Assembly: GCF_000002075.1 (NCBI RefSeq)
Contig: NW_004797313.1
Coordinates: 70,034-134,033, forward strand
Source: Aplysia californica
Taxonomy: Eukaryota
Length of the DNA: 64,000 bases
Direction: 5' to 3'
Shown: in pieces, positions 26,701 to 36,800 of the stretch
Position numbering within the stretch: position 1 is the stretch's first letter
How the letters are laid out: every line of letters begins with the position of its first letter
Made by a program: the position numbers and the translations under genes
Notes under the pieces: generated by a model
Seen by the model: only the letters and a program-made list of their open reading frames with translations
Databases searched by the model: none
What the model was told of the DNA's origin: nothing

Positions 26701-27495
26701 AAAAATTGTAGAATTCTGTGCCGTGAACAAATGTTCCATTACAACTGTAGCCTACTAAAGGCGTACAATTTTGTCTGTGGGCAGTGGAGAGAGAGAGAGA
26801 GAAAGAGAGAGAGGAGTAGCGCGAGAATTTCCGGGCAAAACAAAATGGCGACCCGCGTAGTTCGGCTCGATTCGAAAAGTTAAATAGCCGTAGCATCTTT
26901 GTAGACAACCAAATTTATTTACTTTTGTGTTTTAACATCATTTTTAAACTTTGTTTTGGTCAATTTGATCATCCACACCGATAGACAGTATTCAGAAAGA
27001 GACAGAGAGAGAGAGAAGAGGGGAGGAGTTGATCTTGCGAGAACTTCCGGGCGGGCCGCGGGTGAGAATAGCCACTTTCTTTCTTGCAGCTCATATTTGG
27101 TTGCATTTTGTCTGTTGTTTGGAACGCCACAAACTGATTAAGCTATTTTTTAAGACCAATTAGATCTAGTTTGGAGTTCGATTCCCAGCCAAAGGAAGTC
27201 AAATAAATGTGCGTTACCGAAATATCGCTATATTATAGAGATACTATCAGAATCAGTGTGTCAGTGTTGTCAGTTGTGCACCAGTCACACTCACTTGACT
27301 CACCTGCGATATTTTTTCTTCTGAAGCTTTTATGCACCCTCGAGGAAGGATTATGTCACCACTCTTAAGATCTCTGGACTTTTTTCTCAAAACTATTCCA
27401 TGGAAAGAAGACTCAGTCCCAATTTTCTGAAGCATTTCGTGAATTTTATGCTTCAAATCTAGAAGCATGTTTTCGACAACATAGTTATCCGCCAT
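8653..27495 (-). CDS. DALRD3: DALR anticodon-binding domain-containing protein 3, complete 14-exon gene (~561 aa)
   Basis: Exons 27495-27304, 24559-24434, 22970-22792, 20291-20005, 19245-19163, 18750-18649, 16808-16720, 16353-16295, 15768-15686, 15244-15124, 14694-14636, 13600-13484, 10960-10892, 8772-8653. All GT-AG, phases consistent, 1686 nt. Motifs GAFIMYNTARLATLF, GIYPPLP...DFTLLREEEEWELLF, SSYYSRYHILG and HLLPLMFARLHL..A..QVL..ALRLIGL resemble vertebrate DALRD3. Confidence 0.92.
9219..10012. mobile_element. Tc1/mariner (pogo/Tigger-like) MITE with TA TSD
   Basis: TA|cagtccgtgccggctttaagca ... tgcttaaagctggcatggactg|TA (20/22 TIR match), with internal repeats of ggctt(t/a)aagcacg. Confidence 0.82.
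10892..10960 (-). CDS. DALRD3: DALRD3 exon 13
   Basis: ISNFLVGFSKRLSSYYSRYHILG, donor GTGAGT. Confidence 0.9.
11518..13166. mobile_element. Putative piggyBac-like non-autonomous element(s)
   Basis: TTAA|CCCCTT at the left end and AAGGG|TTAA at the right; TIR similarity is short, so this may be two elements. Confidence 0.45.
13484..13600 (-). CDS. DALRD3: DALRD3 exon 12
   Basis: EEWELLFLFISRFPETV...VHTHK, 39 codons. Confidence 0.88.
14072..14365 (-). mobile_element. MITE family A, partial copy
   Basis: gtggtgaaatcaggtgcttgtcaaaataatgaaatc ... ttttacctctgaaaccagg, shared with the other copies. Confidence 0.7.
14636..14694 (-). CDS. DALRD3: DALRD3 exon 11
   Basis: GIYPPLPSLKETDFTLLREE. Confidence 0.9.
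15124..15244 (-). CDS. DALRD3: DALRD3 exon 10
   Basis: GAFIMYNTARLATLFEHF, start of the DALR domain. Confidence 0.9.
15686..15768 (-). CDS. DALRD3: DALRD3 exon 9
   Basis: ITQLTQASITFDILQNA (A.I.FE.L-like motif), 83 nt. Confidence 0.84.
16295..16353 (-). CDS. DALRD3: DALRD3 exon 8
   Basis: 59 nt, LRLEQMTEAAEMRYGEAVE, donor GTGAGT. Confidence 0.82.
16720..16808 (-). CDS. DALRD3: DALRD3 exon 7
   Basis: SHLTVGPV... (HL.CGPV-like motif), 89 nt, GT-AG. Confidence 0.82.
17158..18193. mobile_element. TTAA-type non-autonomous DNA element
   Basis: TTAA|ctcactcaaccc ... ggattgagtgag|T-TTAA. Confidence 0.6.
18428..18570 (+). mobile_element. SINE-like or LINE-3'-end repeat family C
   Basis: ggtgctctggtgtggtttg...gcacttatatgacct.attgtgttgcaag.gctgtaaaactc; four copies in the window. 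Confidence 0.7.
18649..18750 (-). CDS. DALRD3: DALRD3 exon 6
   Basis: ELTGCINIVPQSQAFRQQQVHLVWQAL..., resembling the V.CEEEFQQQKLDLLW segment of the vertebrate protein. Confidence 0.85.
19163..19245 (-). CDS. DALRD3: DALRD3 exon 5
   Basis: 83 nt, phase 1 in and 0 out, LLDGVPSSVTESAIKLEECVLHMLADQ. Confidence 0.78.
19337..19505. mobile_element. Short hAT-like MITE (CAGGG...CCCTG)
   Basis: Termini cagggatggaaa / tttctacccctg; flanks tggaat and tagaat; internal ttacggaaaa repeats. Confidence 0.55.
20005..20291 (-). CDS. DALRD3: DALRD3 exon 4
   Basis: Open frame YSVICLND...GFDKNLCKAT; phase 2 in, phase 1 out; GT-AG. Confidence 0.82.
22792..22970 (-). CDS. DALRD3: DALRD3 exon 3 (VQECGSQYG...SLTDMRCSSLHSHVRNLLEAH)
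   Basis: Acceptor CCCAG at 22971-22975, with an alternative in-frame TAG acceptor giving an exon start at 22994; donor AG|GTTTGT. Confidence 0.8.
24434..24559 (-). CDS. DALRD3: DALRD3 exon 2 (FLSLAE...VFLNRASVLQTVLNE)
   Basis: Strong pyrimidine tract + CAG, donor GAG|GTAGAG, 42 codons. Confidence 0.82.
25098..25943. mobile_element. Composite inverted-repeat element in DALRD3 intron 1
   Basis: ~60-bp TIR attagagaa.gacaactaaac...atatttatagtaacagcc..cttgtttgac at ~25224-25285 and inverted at 25883-25943; extra TIR fragments at 25098-25212; 27-bp tandem duplicate at ~25786-25839. Confidence 0.65.
26575..27078. mobile_element. Putative MITE with CTATTCTCACCCG terminal motifs
   Basis: Motif forward at ~26579 and ~26622; inverted (gtgagaatag) at ~26594 and ~27062. 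Confidence 0.45.
27304..27495 (-). CDS. DALRD3: DALRD3 exon 1 (MADNYVVEN...RKKSRDLKSGDIILPRG...ISQ)
   Basis: ATG at 27495 in GTCATGG context; donor CAG|GTGAGT; 64 codons. Confidence 0.85.
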
Positions 27496-27730
27496 GACTG
27501 TTTGTTTACGTCGGAAACGAAAGAGAGTAATTTGCAAAAACTAGAATGTTAAAACTGCGCGGATTAAAATTAAATCACTATTGGAGCTTGATGATATTTG
27601 ATCCGCAGATGTTAAAATGTAGAATCTATGTTTTATATGCATCCGAAAAACATTGATGACGAAGAACGGCTTCCGGTGCTGCGTTGCCTTGTTTCATTTC
27701 AGCGTAAAAATACAAACATCGGGAGAGGAA
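27496..27730. promoter_or_regulatory. Probable DALRD3 promoter, possibly bidirectional
   Basis: Immediately upstream of the DALRD3 ATG, locally CpG-rich, with an ETS-like CTTCCGG at ~27670. The hexosaminidase needs an untranslated first exon somewhere between here and 30682. Confidence 0.4.
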
Positions 27731-28069
27731 TTATTTCTCTTCTAAAAATACTTTCAAGGAATTAACACTTGAACTGAAGCAGGTGAAATTTTAAGTAGTA
27801 GAACTACTCTTCTAACTCTTGTTGCAATTAAGATTATTTTTGGAGACTGTATTAGTGTTGTTGAGCTGAGATAGTGAGATCCTCTCACAAGCCAAAATGA
27901 AACTGGCTGGATGTCAGTCAAAGGCCTAATTTTCAATATTATTGGCTTTGCTTTGCTGTTTTGGATCTGTTTAAGACCGAGAAGACAGTTGAAAAACGGA
28001 GTCCCGGGGGCGGGACAGAATTACAGAATCAAAGTGTGAAGCGTTTCCTGAGGCTTTCATTGTTAAAGG

Positions 28070-28252
28070 AAAGAACTATTCCTCCCAGTGACACTGGGGA
28101 TAGGCCCAGAAACTATTCCCAGTGTCACTGGGAATAGGCCTGGAAACTATTCCCAGTGACAGGCCCCGAAACCACTGAAAATAGGCCCTAGGGCAGAATA
28201 TTGTTCCCAGTGTCACTGGGAATAGGCCAGAAACTATTTCCAGTGACACTGA
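28070..28252. repeat. Tandem array of ~33-bp palindromic units (tattcccagtg.cactgggaata)
   Basis: About five degenerate units of aaactattcccagtgWcactgggaataggcc. Confidence 0.8.
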
Positions 28253-28620
28253 CAACAGACAGGCCCATTAGATCTATCTATGGTAGTGTGTATACAGAGC
28301 CGGTAACCTGGAACAAAATCACAAAGTTTACAGTTTACAGTACAGACCCGGTAGGGGAACTCTTTTGTGATTTCGGAAAGTTTCAGCGCCGTCTTGGCTC
28401 AGGGCAGACCACAGATCTATTCTATGGCCTAGGTCTAGATCTAGACAGACAGACATAAATCATTGATCTGTTTTCGAGGCTAGCCTAGATCTAGATTCTA
28501 GATCTAGATATATATATAGATCTAAATGAAAATTGCGGATGTCTTTTCGATGAACGATCGTTTTTCCTCCGTTTTGGAGTTGGAGGAATCACGATTTGAA
28601 GAAAAGAATAATGTCATAAT

Positions 28621-28879
28621 NNNNNNNNNNNNNNNNNNNNNNNNNNNNNNNNNNNNNNNNNNNNNNNNNNNNNNNNNNNNNNNNNNNNNNNNNNNNNNNN
28701 NNNNNNNNNNNNNNNNNNNNNNNNNNNNNNNNNNNNNNNNNNNNNNNNNNNNNNNNNNNNNNNNNNNNNNNNNNNNNNNNNNNNNNNNNNNNNNNNNNNN
28801 NNNNNNNNNNNNNNNNNNNNNNNNNNNNNNNNNNNNNNNNNNNNNNNNNNNNNNNNNNNNNNNNNNNNNNNNNNNNNNN
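28621..28879. other. Assembly gap
   Basis: N run; others at 45545-45713, 45776-45913 and 62088-62240. Confidence 1.
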
Positions 28880-29671
28880 CTAGCACACATATCACCCTTT
28901 TTTTTAATCCAAGAATTCACAAATTTATTTGAATATCTTTCTTTGAAGGGCCTTTTTATTATGCCAGGCTCCGTGTTGTTTACCCTTAGATCTAGCATAG
29001 CGACAACAAAACAACGATTTTTGCAATGCAGAGTTTCAATCGATATTGGCGCTCAGAGATTGAGGTCAGGCTTGTTTACAAGTTCTACTTCCTTTCGACA
29101 ACTTAAAAAGTAGGAACCTATGTTAAAAAGTGCAGTTTCAATTTCGCTTGGATTTCGTTGAGCCGCTCACAGCGGTAGAACAAAGGCTGCGGAAAAACTT
29201 ACAGCGGCTGAATGGACGGAATCAGTTAATTTCATTTTGTTGTGTCGTAAAGTTTTTCTGTAATTAATTTTTTTTTTAAATCACATCGCACGAAACCAAC
29301 AGCTGTGGCATCTTCCCGACACCTCTTCCCCCAGCAAACGGAGAGTGCATGATCACGATGCGCAGTGTCATTGGTCAACATAATTAACTTTGCCCCCGGC
29401 AAGGTCAACTCAACTTGGTTGTTGTTCTGTTTACTAATGATGCAGGGAGGGCCAGTTTAGATAGATCTAGTAACGGACATTATGCTGGACTCGATTCAGA
29501 GTCGGAATATAATTTTTGTCTCTTCGGACTCGAGTGCAAATAGTCACTTCGATCATCATATTTTCGGCTTTACGATATTCACAGAGGACTTGAGCGCTGT
29601 GTGTTTGTTTTTTTCCTCAACAATGCCTCTTACCGAAGTGGCACTATCACACTATCGCTCAATCCAAAAAT

Positions 29672-29869
29672 GGGAAGACTTCCGTAACGAGCGACCACCC
29701 CAACAAATACAAGAAGAGACCTAGATCTATCCCTAACCTTTCCCTTACCCCTACCCCTATCCTTAGCCCAACCCTTACTCATTCCTCACACCCTAACCCT
29801 ATCCCAATCCCTAACTCTCTATTCTACTCTGATTCATAATAGTGGTCGCTCGTTACGGAATTCCTCTCC
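29672..29869. mobile_element. MITE with ~27-bp TIR, telomere-like (CCCTAA/CCCTAC) core and 6-bp TSD
   Basis: aaaaat|gggaagacttccgtaacgagcgaccac ... gtggtcgctcgttacggaattcctctcc|aaaaat. Confidence 0.8.
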
Positions 29870-29896
29870 AAAAATGATAGTCACGCAGGGACATAT

Positions 29897-30143
29897 TATG
29901 TGAGGCGTGCTAACAAAATGAGTCACTTCTCGCAATCCACAAATGGAGATATTGGCCAAAAATCAACACTGAAGTCAATTTTTTAAATTTTCTATTGATG
30001 CCAGGTTGTTTAAGTGTATAACAAGCCACTTTTTATTTCACACTTATAAATTATATAAAAACTTCACCTAAAAGTGTGATGTATCTATTTCCGTATAGCT
30101 CGAATCCGAGAAGTAACTCATTTTGTCAGCACCCTTCACATAT
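29897..30143. mobile_element. MITE with ~35-bp TIR (TATGTGA ends)
   Basis: Left tatgtgaggcgtgctaacaaaatgagtcacttctcg; right reverse complement tatgtgaagggtgctgacaaaatgagttacttctcg. Confidence 0.75.
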
Positions 30144-30762
30144 GGTAGGATATATCTTAAAACAGTGTGTATAGAATTACAGAGAAAACAATTATAATTT
30201 TATCAGTTAGATCTGGTAGTTTTGAATATTATATTTTTGGCATAAAACCCACTAATTCTGACTTATTTTGGCTAATATTTTGTGTGTGGAAATTTTGTGA
30301 ACCTGGCGACATGGGACAGATGGATGTCATGATCTTAAATTCTTAATTAAAAGTTTTCTATTAGGCCAAAGGATCAGCAGAAAAAGGTAGAGTAGCCTCT
30401 AAAGATATAATATGGACAAGTTCAATTCTTTTAGACTTCTAACTTTCAGAAGTACAAAATTATTATAATTTGTGTGTCTTTAAGTTTTGGAGCAGGCTCA
30501 TAGAGGTGGTTGCTTTTAACAATTTTATCATGTTAACTTAATTATATTTCTGTGTTTTTCTTCTTTTTTTTTTTTATTGTTTGTGAAAACGTTCTTTTTC
30601 AGACTTGATTTAAAATACATTATTTTATTGAGTGAAAACATTTAAAATTATCATACGTTACTCATTATTTTATGTCTGCAGGTGTCCCAAGATTTCCCAA
30701 CGCCGTTCGAGGACATATTTGTGGTCTCAGTATAGAACGGCACATGAGCAGCTGATAGAAAC

Positions 30763-30846
30763 ATGACTGATTCACCTCCTGGCAGTGTCCCTATCTCCCA
30801 AAAGGAGTTAGATGTGCTCGCCTCCACTCTAGGACTGAAATATCAG
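30763..30846 (+). CDS. Chitobiase-type hexosaminidase coding exon 1 (exon begins as 5' UTR at 30682)
   Basis: Acceptor TCTGCAG at 30675-30681; in-frame TGA at 30745; ATG 30763; MTDSPPGSVPISQKELDVLASTLGLKYQ; donor CAG|GTTCAG. Confidence 0.8.
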
Positions 30847-33800
30847 GTTCAGTTTTCTTTGATGAAATAGCAGTTTTGATACATGAGAATGTTTAGTTTT
30901 CTTAGGTTTTTAATTACTTTTATGGAGAACTCTTTTTGGGAAGGACTTCCGTAACGAGTGACCACCCCAACAACCCCAAACCCAAACCTAAACCCTACCC
31001 CTACCCCTATCCCCTACACCTCTGTCTCATAGGTCGAGTGGTCGCTCGTTACGGAAGTCCTCCCCTTTTTTGTATGTAGCATTTGTAGAGATTTTTAAAA
31101 AATTTTGACACATATCGAACGAAAATTTCTTTCCTGATCCTTACTATTGTCATTTTCCTCTACTTCTTTTGTATGTTTGTCACTCTCTTGTGACCTGCTA
31201 TTTTGGGGTGCCTTGATAGTCGAAGCAGACTTTGTGCTGTTGAAGCTAGAGAGGTGAGCTGTCTAAGTCTGATTCCCTATAAAGACTTCTCTGTTGACAC
31301 CCACCCCTTGGCGCTCATATGACCTTATGCAGTTGCGAGTGCCGTAAAACCCTCTACTATTAAAAAAATGTAAAAATAAAAAACGTTTCATTCACACTCT
31401 TTTTTTGCTGCTTCCTCATGAACATTGTTCCCTCAAATACATTTTAAAAATCAACCCACTTTGGGTAGTATTATCCTATTACTCTAATGTTTGAAAACCA
31501 AAAAATTAATAACTCTTTTGTCAATGCATTTTTTAAAAACTTTCAAATAAAAAACATTTTACTCAAGGTACAAGACTCTTTCATTTAAGCTTGTTTTAAA
31601 GCAATTTCAAACGGGGTTTTTTATGCATTCTTCTTAATTATTTCTGTAAAATGTAAATTTATTGAATAGTTTGAAATTTTATGGTGAACATTTGTGAGGT
31701 CAGAATAGCTGAAGACATTTGAATTTTTATTGACTTTTTTTTTGTACAGGTGGAGGACAATTTAAGTGGTGGCAGAGCTCTGTTCAGTGCATCGATCACA
31801 CTGACAAATAGATGTGATATCCCTCTCAAATACTACACAGAGAGCACAAGTTGGAGAATCTTCTTTTGCCACTTACGTATGGTGGAACCAACCTACCTTC
31901 CTCTTGATGACAGTGTAGATCTTCAGTATGCAGGTGTGCGCTTTGCTCACCTTAATGGTTCTATCTTCTCTCTCAGTCCCTTAAAAAACTTCAAGACTCT
32001 GGAAAAAGGAGATTCGGTGCTTATCAAGTTTAATGGCCAACACTATTCTGCTTCTCGGACTGATATACTTCCAAACTGGTACATTCAAGTAGATGGACTT
32101 GAGCCTCGTATAATCAAAAGTACAGAGGGTGAGTCCTTGGACTTTGTGGGAGACTTTGACTCACCCAAGAAATACAAACGTTTTGACTATGTTTTGGCTT
32201 CTGGAAAGCGACGTTACGATACGTACCAGCCATTCTCCCCAGAGGTGAGATTTCTCAGGTACTTGTCTCCCAAGGAAGATGATGACTCTCTACAGCAAGT
32301 GGTCCCAACACCAGCGAGCTTTCAGAAAAAAAGTGACAAGTCGATTGATATCTATTCAGGTGGATGGAAGATCATGCTTTGTGAAGATGCAGACTTCCTG
32401 AATGAGGCCCAGTTTTTGTCTGGTATGTTTTTAAAATAATTTTCAAATTCATATAGCGATTCTTTCTTGGAATTTTTCTGAGAACTTTTCTGAAGGTGTT
32501 GGTGTCTTGTTTCTTGACTTTTCTCTTCAAACTCAGTAAACATGTTCAGGGCCAGGTGGGCTCCTTCAGTGCTAATGTTCATAATTTCTAAATTAGAGGA
32601 TTTTCTCACAATTTCAGTTTCATAACTCTTTGACATGTGTGTAGTAGAAAGCTTTTAAGAGGTCAAAGGAACTTTTAATTTAAAAAAAAAAAAAATTTTT
32701 GTTCTTTTACTTGCAGCTGTATGGTCGAATGACTTGTTGTTGTTGTTGTTACTGATCCAGTAGCATCTGAGCGTTAGCTCTTCTGCATGGCCATTCGGTA
32801 ATAGTTGCATGTTTGTTCTAATTGTTGTCTTGAGGAGTAGAGGCAATTAGATGTGTGAGGTAGCTTGGGAAGAAAACATCCCCTTAAATCAGTTAGTTTT
32901 CTACAGAAGAACAGATGATGTTCCACTGTCTCTGAGGAGTAGTCACATAGTGGGCAGGCAGCAGACTGCTTTACTCCAATTCGGTTGAGATGTTGGTTGA
33001 GGGGTACATGTTGTGTTCTAAGTTGGAAGATTATAGATTGATCTCCCCTCCTCAACTCATTGATTGGATCTTTGACCAGTGGTTTATTCATGTGGCCATA
33101 CATCCTCCTTCCTGTCGTACCTGTGGCCCAATCATTCATCCACTCTTCCTTGAGGTTTGACTTGATCATTTGGCAACAGGTAGTGTAATTCGTAGGAATT
33201 TCAGGCTGAGGGAGGCTAGCTCCTTTCTTTGCCAGAGCATCAGCTCTTTCATTTCCCGGTATCCCAGTGTGGGCAGGAATCCATTGTAGGACTACTCTAA
33301 CGTGGTGCCTACTTATCAAATTATGTAGACTGTCAAATGACTTAAAGTGTGATTTGACATGCTTTTTTTAAAATCTTCTCTTTATTGTTCCAGTGCATCT
33401 TTCTATGTAACAGGTACTGCCTTGTGAAAGACTTCCTTTTTCTGAAAATTTAATTTCTCACCCTAGGACTGATCATTATAGCAAAGCATCTCCATTTTCA
33501 TACCTACTCGTTGCACACACTGACTCACAAAACTACTAAGATTTATCCCTTTTGTTGCCAATCAGGAGTGTAACTAGTGATTTTCCTTGTTTCTGTAAAT
33601 CAGAAAGGATCAACATTCCTCTGTCAGAGGAGCGACGGGCTCTGTGTGAGGGTGAAGCTTGTCCATCGAAAGTCATAGCGATCAGGAGGTCTGAGGTCAA
33701 AACAGCTCTTGCAAACAGCTCTCTTGTTTCTGAGTCATATGAGATCTCGGTTGATGCTGCAGGGGAATTTGTCCTGGTAAGACAAGGGTTTGAGCTTTGT

Positions 33801-36800
33801 GATTTATAAGGTATTTTTGTGAAGTAATAAGGTATATACTTTAATAACATATAAAAATTATGAGTTCAATCATCAGCTGCATAGGATAGGATATTCTTTT
33901 CCTAGATATTATACTTTACCCTGTTCTCCTCTGTTCATGAAATTGCAAATGAATACTTGGCAATCTGTTGAATAAGAATATAATGTAAATGAGAGCATAT
34001 GACCCAACAGGCTGCAGTTCTGTTTATCCCCAGGAAGAAGATTGGAATAGTAAATTAAATTTCTCAAGCTAGCCAAGGGAGTTTTTATGAAGCTGTAGAT
34101 ATATGTTCGTTTGTGTGTGAAAAAGCTTTTTCGTGTTTGAATGTATTATTTTTGTAGTATGGCTCTCTGTCTTACTTTTTAAAGTCCTTACTGATAACAC
34201 TATAATGCCCCTTTTATCAGATCTCGGCAAAAGAAGCAGCAGGAGCTTTCTACGGTATTCAGAGTCTTCTTAGTTTGTCATCTGCTTCTTCCAAGAGAAA
34301 ATCCGGCCAAATACCAGAGTGCCTCATCTGTGATACCCCACGATTCCCTTACAGAGGCATGCATGTGGACATTTCCAGAAACTTTCAGTCCAAAAGTGAA
34401 ATATTTCGTGTCCTGGAAGTGATGTCGATGTATAAGCTCAACAAATTCCATTTCCACCTGACAGATGACGAGGGTTGGCGGTTGGAGATACCAGGTCTTG
34501 AGGAACTGGTTGAGGTATCTGCTTGTTGGTTTGTTTCTATCTGATATTGGTACAAAGGTCATAAGTAAAACAATATTGTCTACGTTGTTTTGATTACAAC
34601 AATGCTGCTTTGCTTATTTAAATAATTTTATTGCAGTTTGATTTTCGGGAAACATTTTTCCCATGTGGGTTTGGGAGTAACAAACAGCCCCATTGTTTAC
34701 TTGGTGGAAAGGCCAGCCTACTAGTGGTGGAGCAGCCGCCATGAAGATCAATGCTGCAATATAGAATTTAGGGTTGGGTTTTTTTATGTAACACTGTCCT
34801 TTCTTCCTCCATGCCTCAAATTGTTGTGCCATATGTTCTTCTTTTGAATAACCTTATTGTGTCTAGTAGTGTGTTGTACTTGTTCCTAAAGAAGCAGATC
34901 TTAAGTGCCTTTAAGACTTCTGCAGAATTTATGAGACCTGGCTGCGACAGGTATGGGGCATTAATGTCATGAGTGATAAATAAATCCCCCCCAAAAAGAT
35001 TTCTCCTTTTTATATATATAAAAATATTCTTCTATATGTGTCTCATTGCGGTGAATCAGGGGCTCATCAATTTTTGGGCATATGGAATTACTGTTTTTAT
35101 TTTAACTCTTCATGTCCGTAAGGGATTTTTGTTCTGACCGAAGCCTCCCAGGGACTGATCCTATACAGCAGTTGGGTGGGTTACAAAAGTCTATATAACT
35201 TTCAATCTACTAGGCCCACATCAAAACTTTTGGTATGTCTGTGTTCAGAAATGAAAGTTGCATTTATTGGTGTTCATTTAGATGCCTTCTTTGAAGAATA
35301 ATAATAGACTATTGAAGTAAATGGCCATTAGCAAAAAAAATGTTGCAATGTTACATAACACTGTTCACTCAAATAGGGGTGTAACTTTATAAAACTTGAA
35401 CACAGAGCCAAAGTAAAAGAAGCAAAAATGTTGATATACATTCTAGGATTACATCTATGGTGGCTGTAGCTTCTTTGAAGCCCATTCTTTTGAAATACAC
35501 CAAAATAATAAAATGTATCAGAACCCACATTCGGCATGAAAAGTGTAAACACAGCTAGATCTAGATCTACTTTTCTACACACTTTGTTATACAATAAATC
35601 AAAGGCTTACATTTATAGTTTTGTTTGAATATACCTAGATATGAAAACTGTGTCTTTATGCACGTTTTCCAAGTAATTTTGAGTAATTATTTGAAGTTTC
35701 CAGGTGTAAGATGAGGTGTACAATAACCACATATAAAAAAATCACATGCACAAAGACATAAGCCTACACATTACGATGAACTAACCTGAATAGAGCCTCA
35801 ACAAGATCCAACATCTAGATCTAGATTTATAATATCCAAATGGAATGAAAACTTTGTCTCAGTATAATCCAAACAAGAAAACTGTCACTACAATTTTTTC
35901 AGGAGCAATCTCCAGCCATTATAATCTCCCTAACCAACACAAACAAATTATACACAAAAAATCAGCTGTTTGGAAACAAGCCATCAAATCTAGCAAACGG
36001 GCCCGCACAAACGCTACAAAATGAAAGTACAAACAGAAACAGACCTATTTTTGGCATTTGCGACCATAATTTCGGTTGATGTAGTGAAATATTAGTTTCA
36101 CGTGTATTTAATGAAGGCTAGTGTAGCGAGCCGGTATCAGCGGCCAAACCCACTTCGCGCCGAGCCGCTGCCACCGGCTCACCGGACATGAAGAGTTAAA
36201 GCGTGTACATTTTTCTATCTTTCGATGAAAAGAATGTCCATCTATCTTGAATAGAAGTCAAGATATTTGCTATTAAGAAGGTGGGGTCACCTGATTTCAA
36301 AATTAGCTAGAAAATGGCCACCAAAGTTAGGTTACTTCCAAAGCTTGAGAGTTCTTTGAGACTGAAAATTCAAATTTTTTTGGGTTTGCCTTCAATCAAC
36401 GTTTTTCAGTAAAATTCACACAGAAATGTATTTTTAGATGGATATAACAGGTTTTGAACCCCCCAAAAAAAAAAATTTGATAAAAATTGCCAAACCCTCG
36501 GGAAAGTGCTGGTATCTTTGATTTCATTATTTTGACAAGCACCTGATTTCACCACAACGCGTCATATATTTTTATAATGCCTACAATTAATTGACATAAT
36601 GTATTATGCCAAGCTGCCTTATTAGGTACATTTATCGAGGCTGAAATCAAGCCTTGTTCAATCTTTTTTTTTTTTTTACGGCGCTCGCAACTGCATAGGT
36701 CATATGAGCACGCGGGACACACCTAATATTTTCAATTGGTAGGAAATTTTGAATTTTGCCCGGGTGGCGGTTGAAGCCTACTCTTATCGATTTTAGACCA

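Noticed and set aside
28070-28252. CRISPR-like palindromic repeats
   Set aside because: Units are contiguous with no unique spacers, the context is eukaryotic and no cas genes are present.
28522-29113. Long ORFs spanning N runs (also 45480-45988 and 62035-62331)
   Set aside because: Artefacts of assembly gaps.
29710-29815. Interstitial telomere
   Set aside because: The repeats are degenerate and enclosed by TIRs and TSDs in two copies, so they are a MITE interior.
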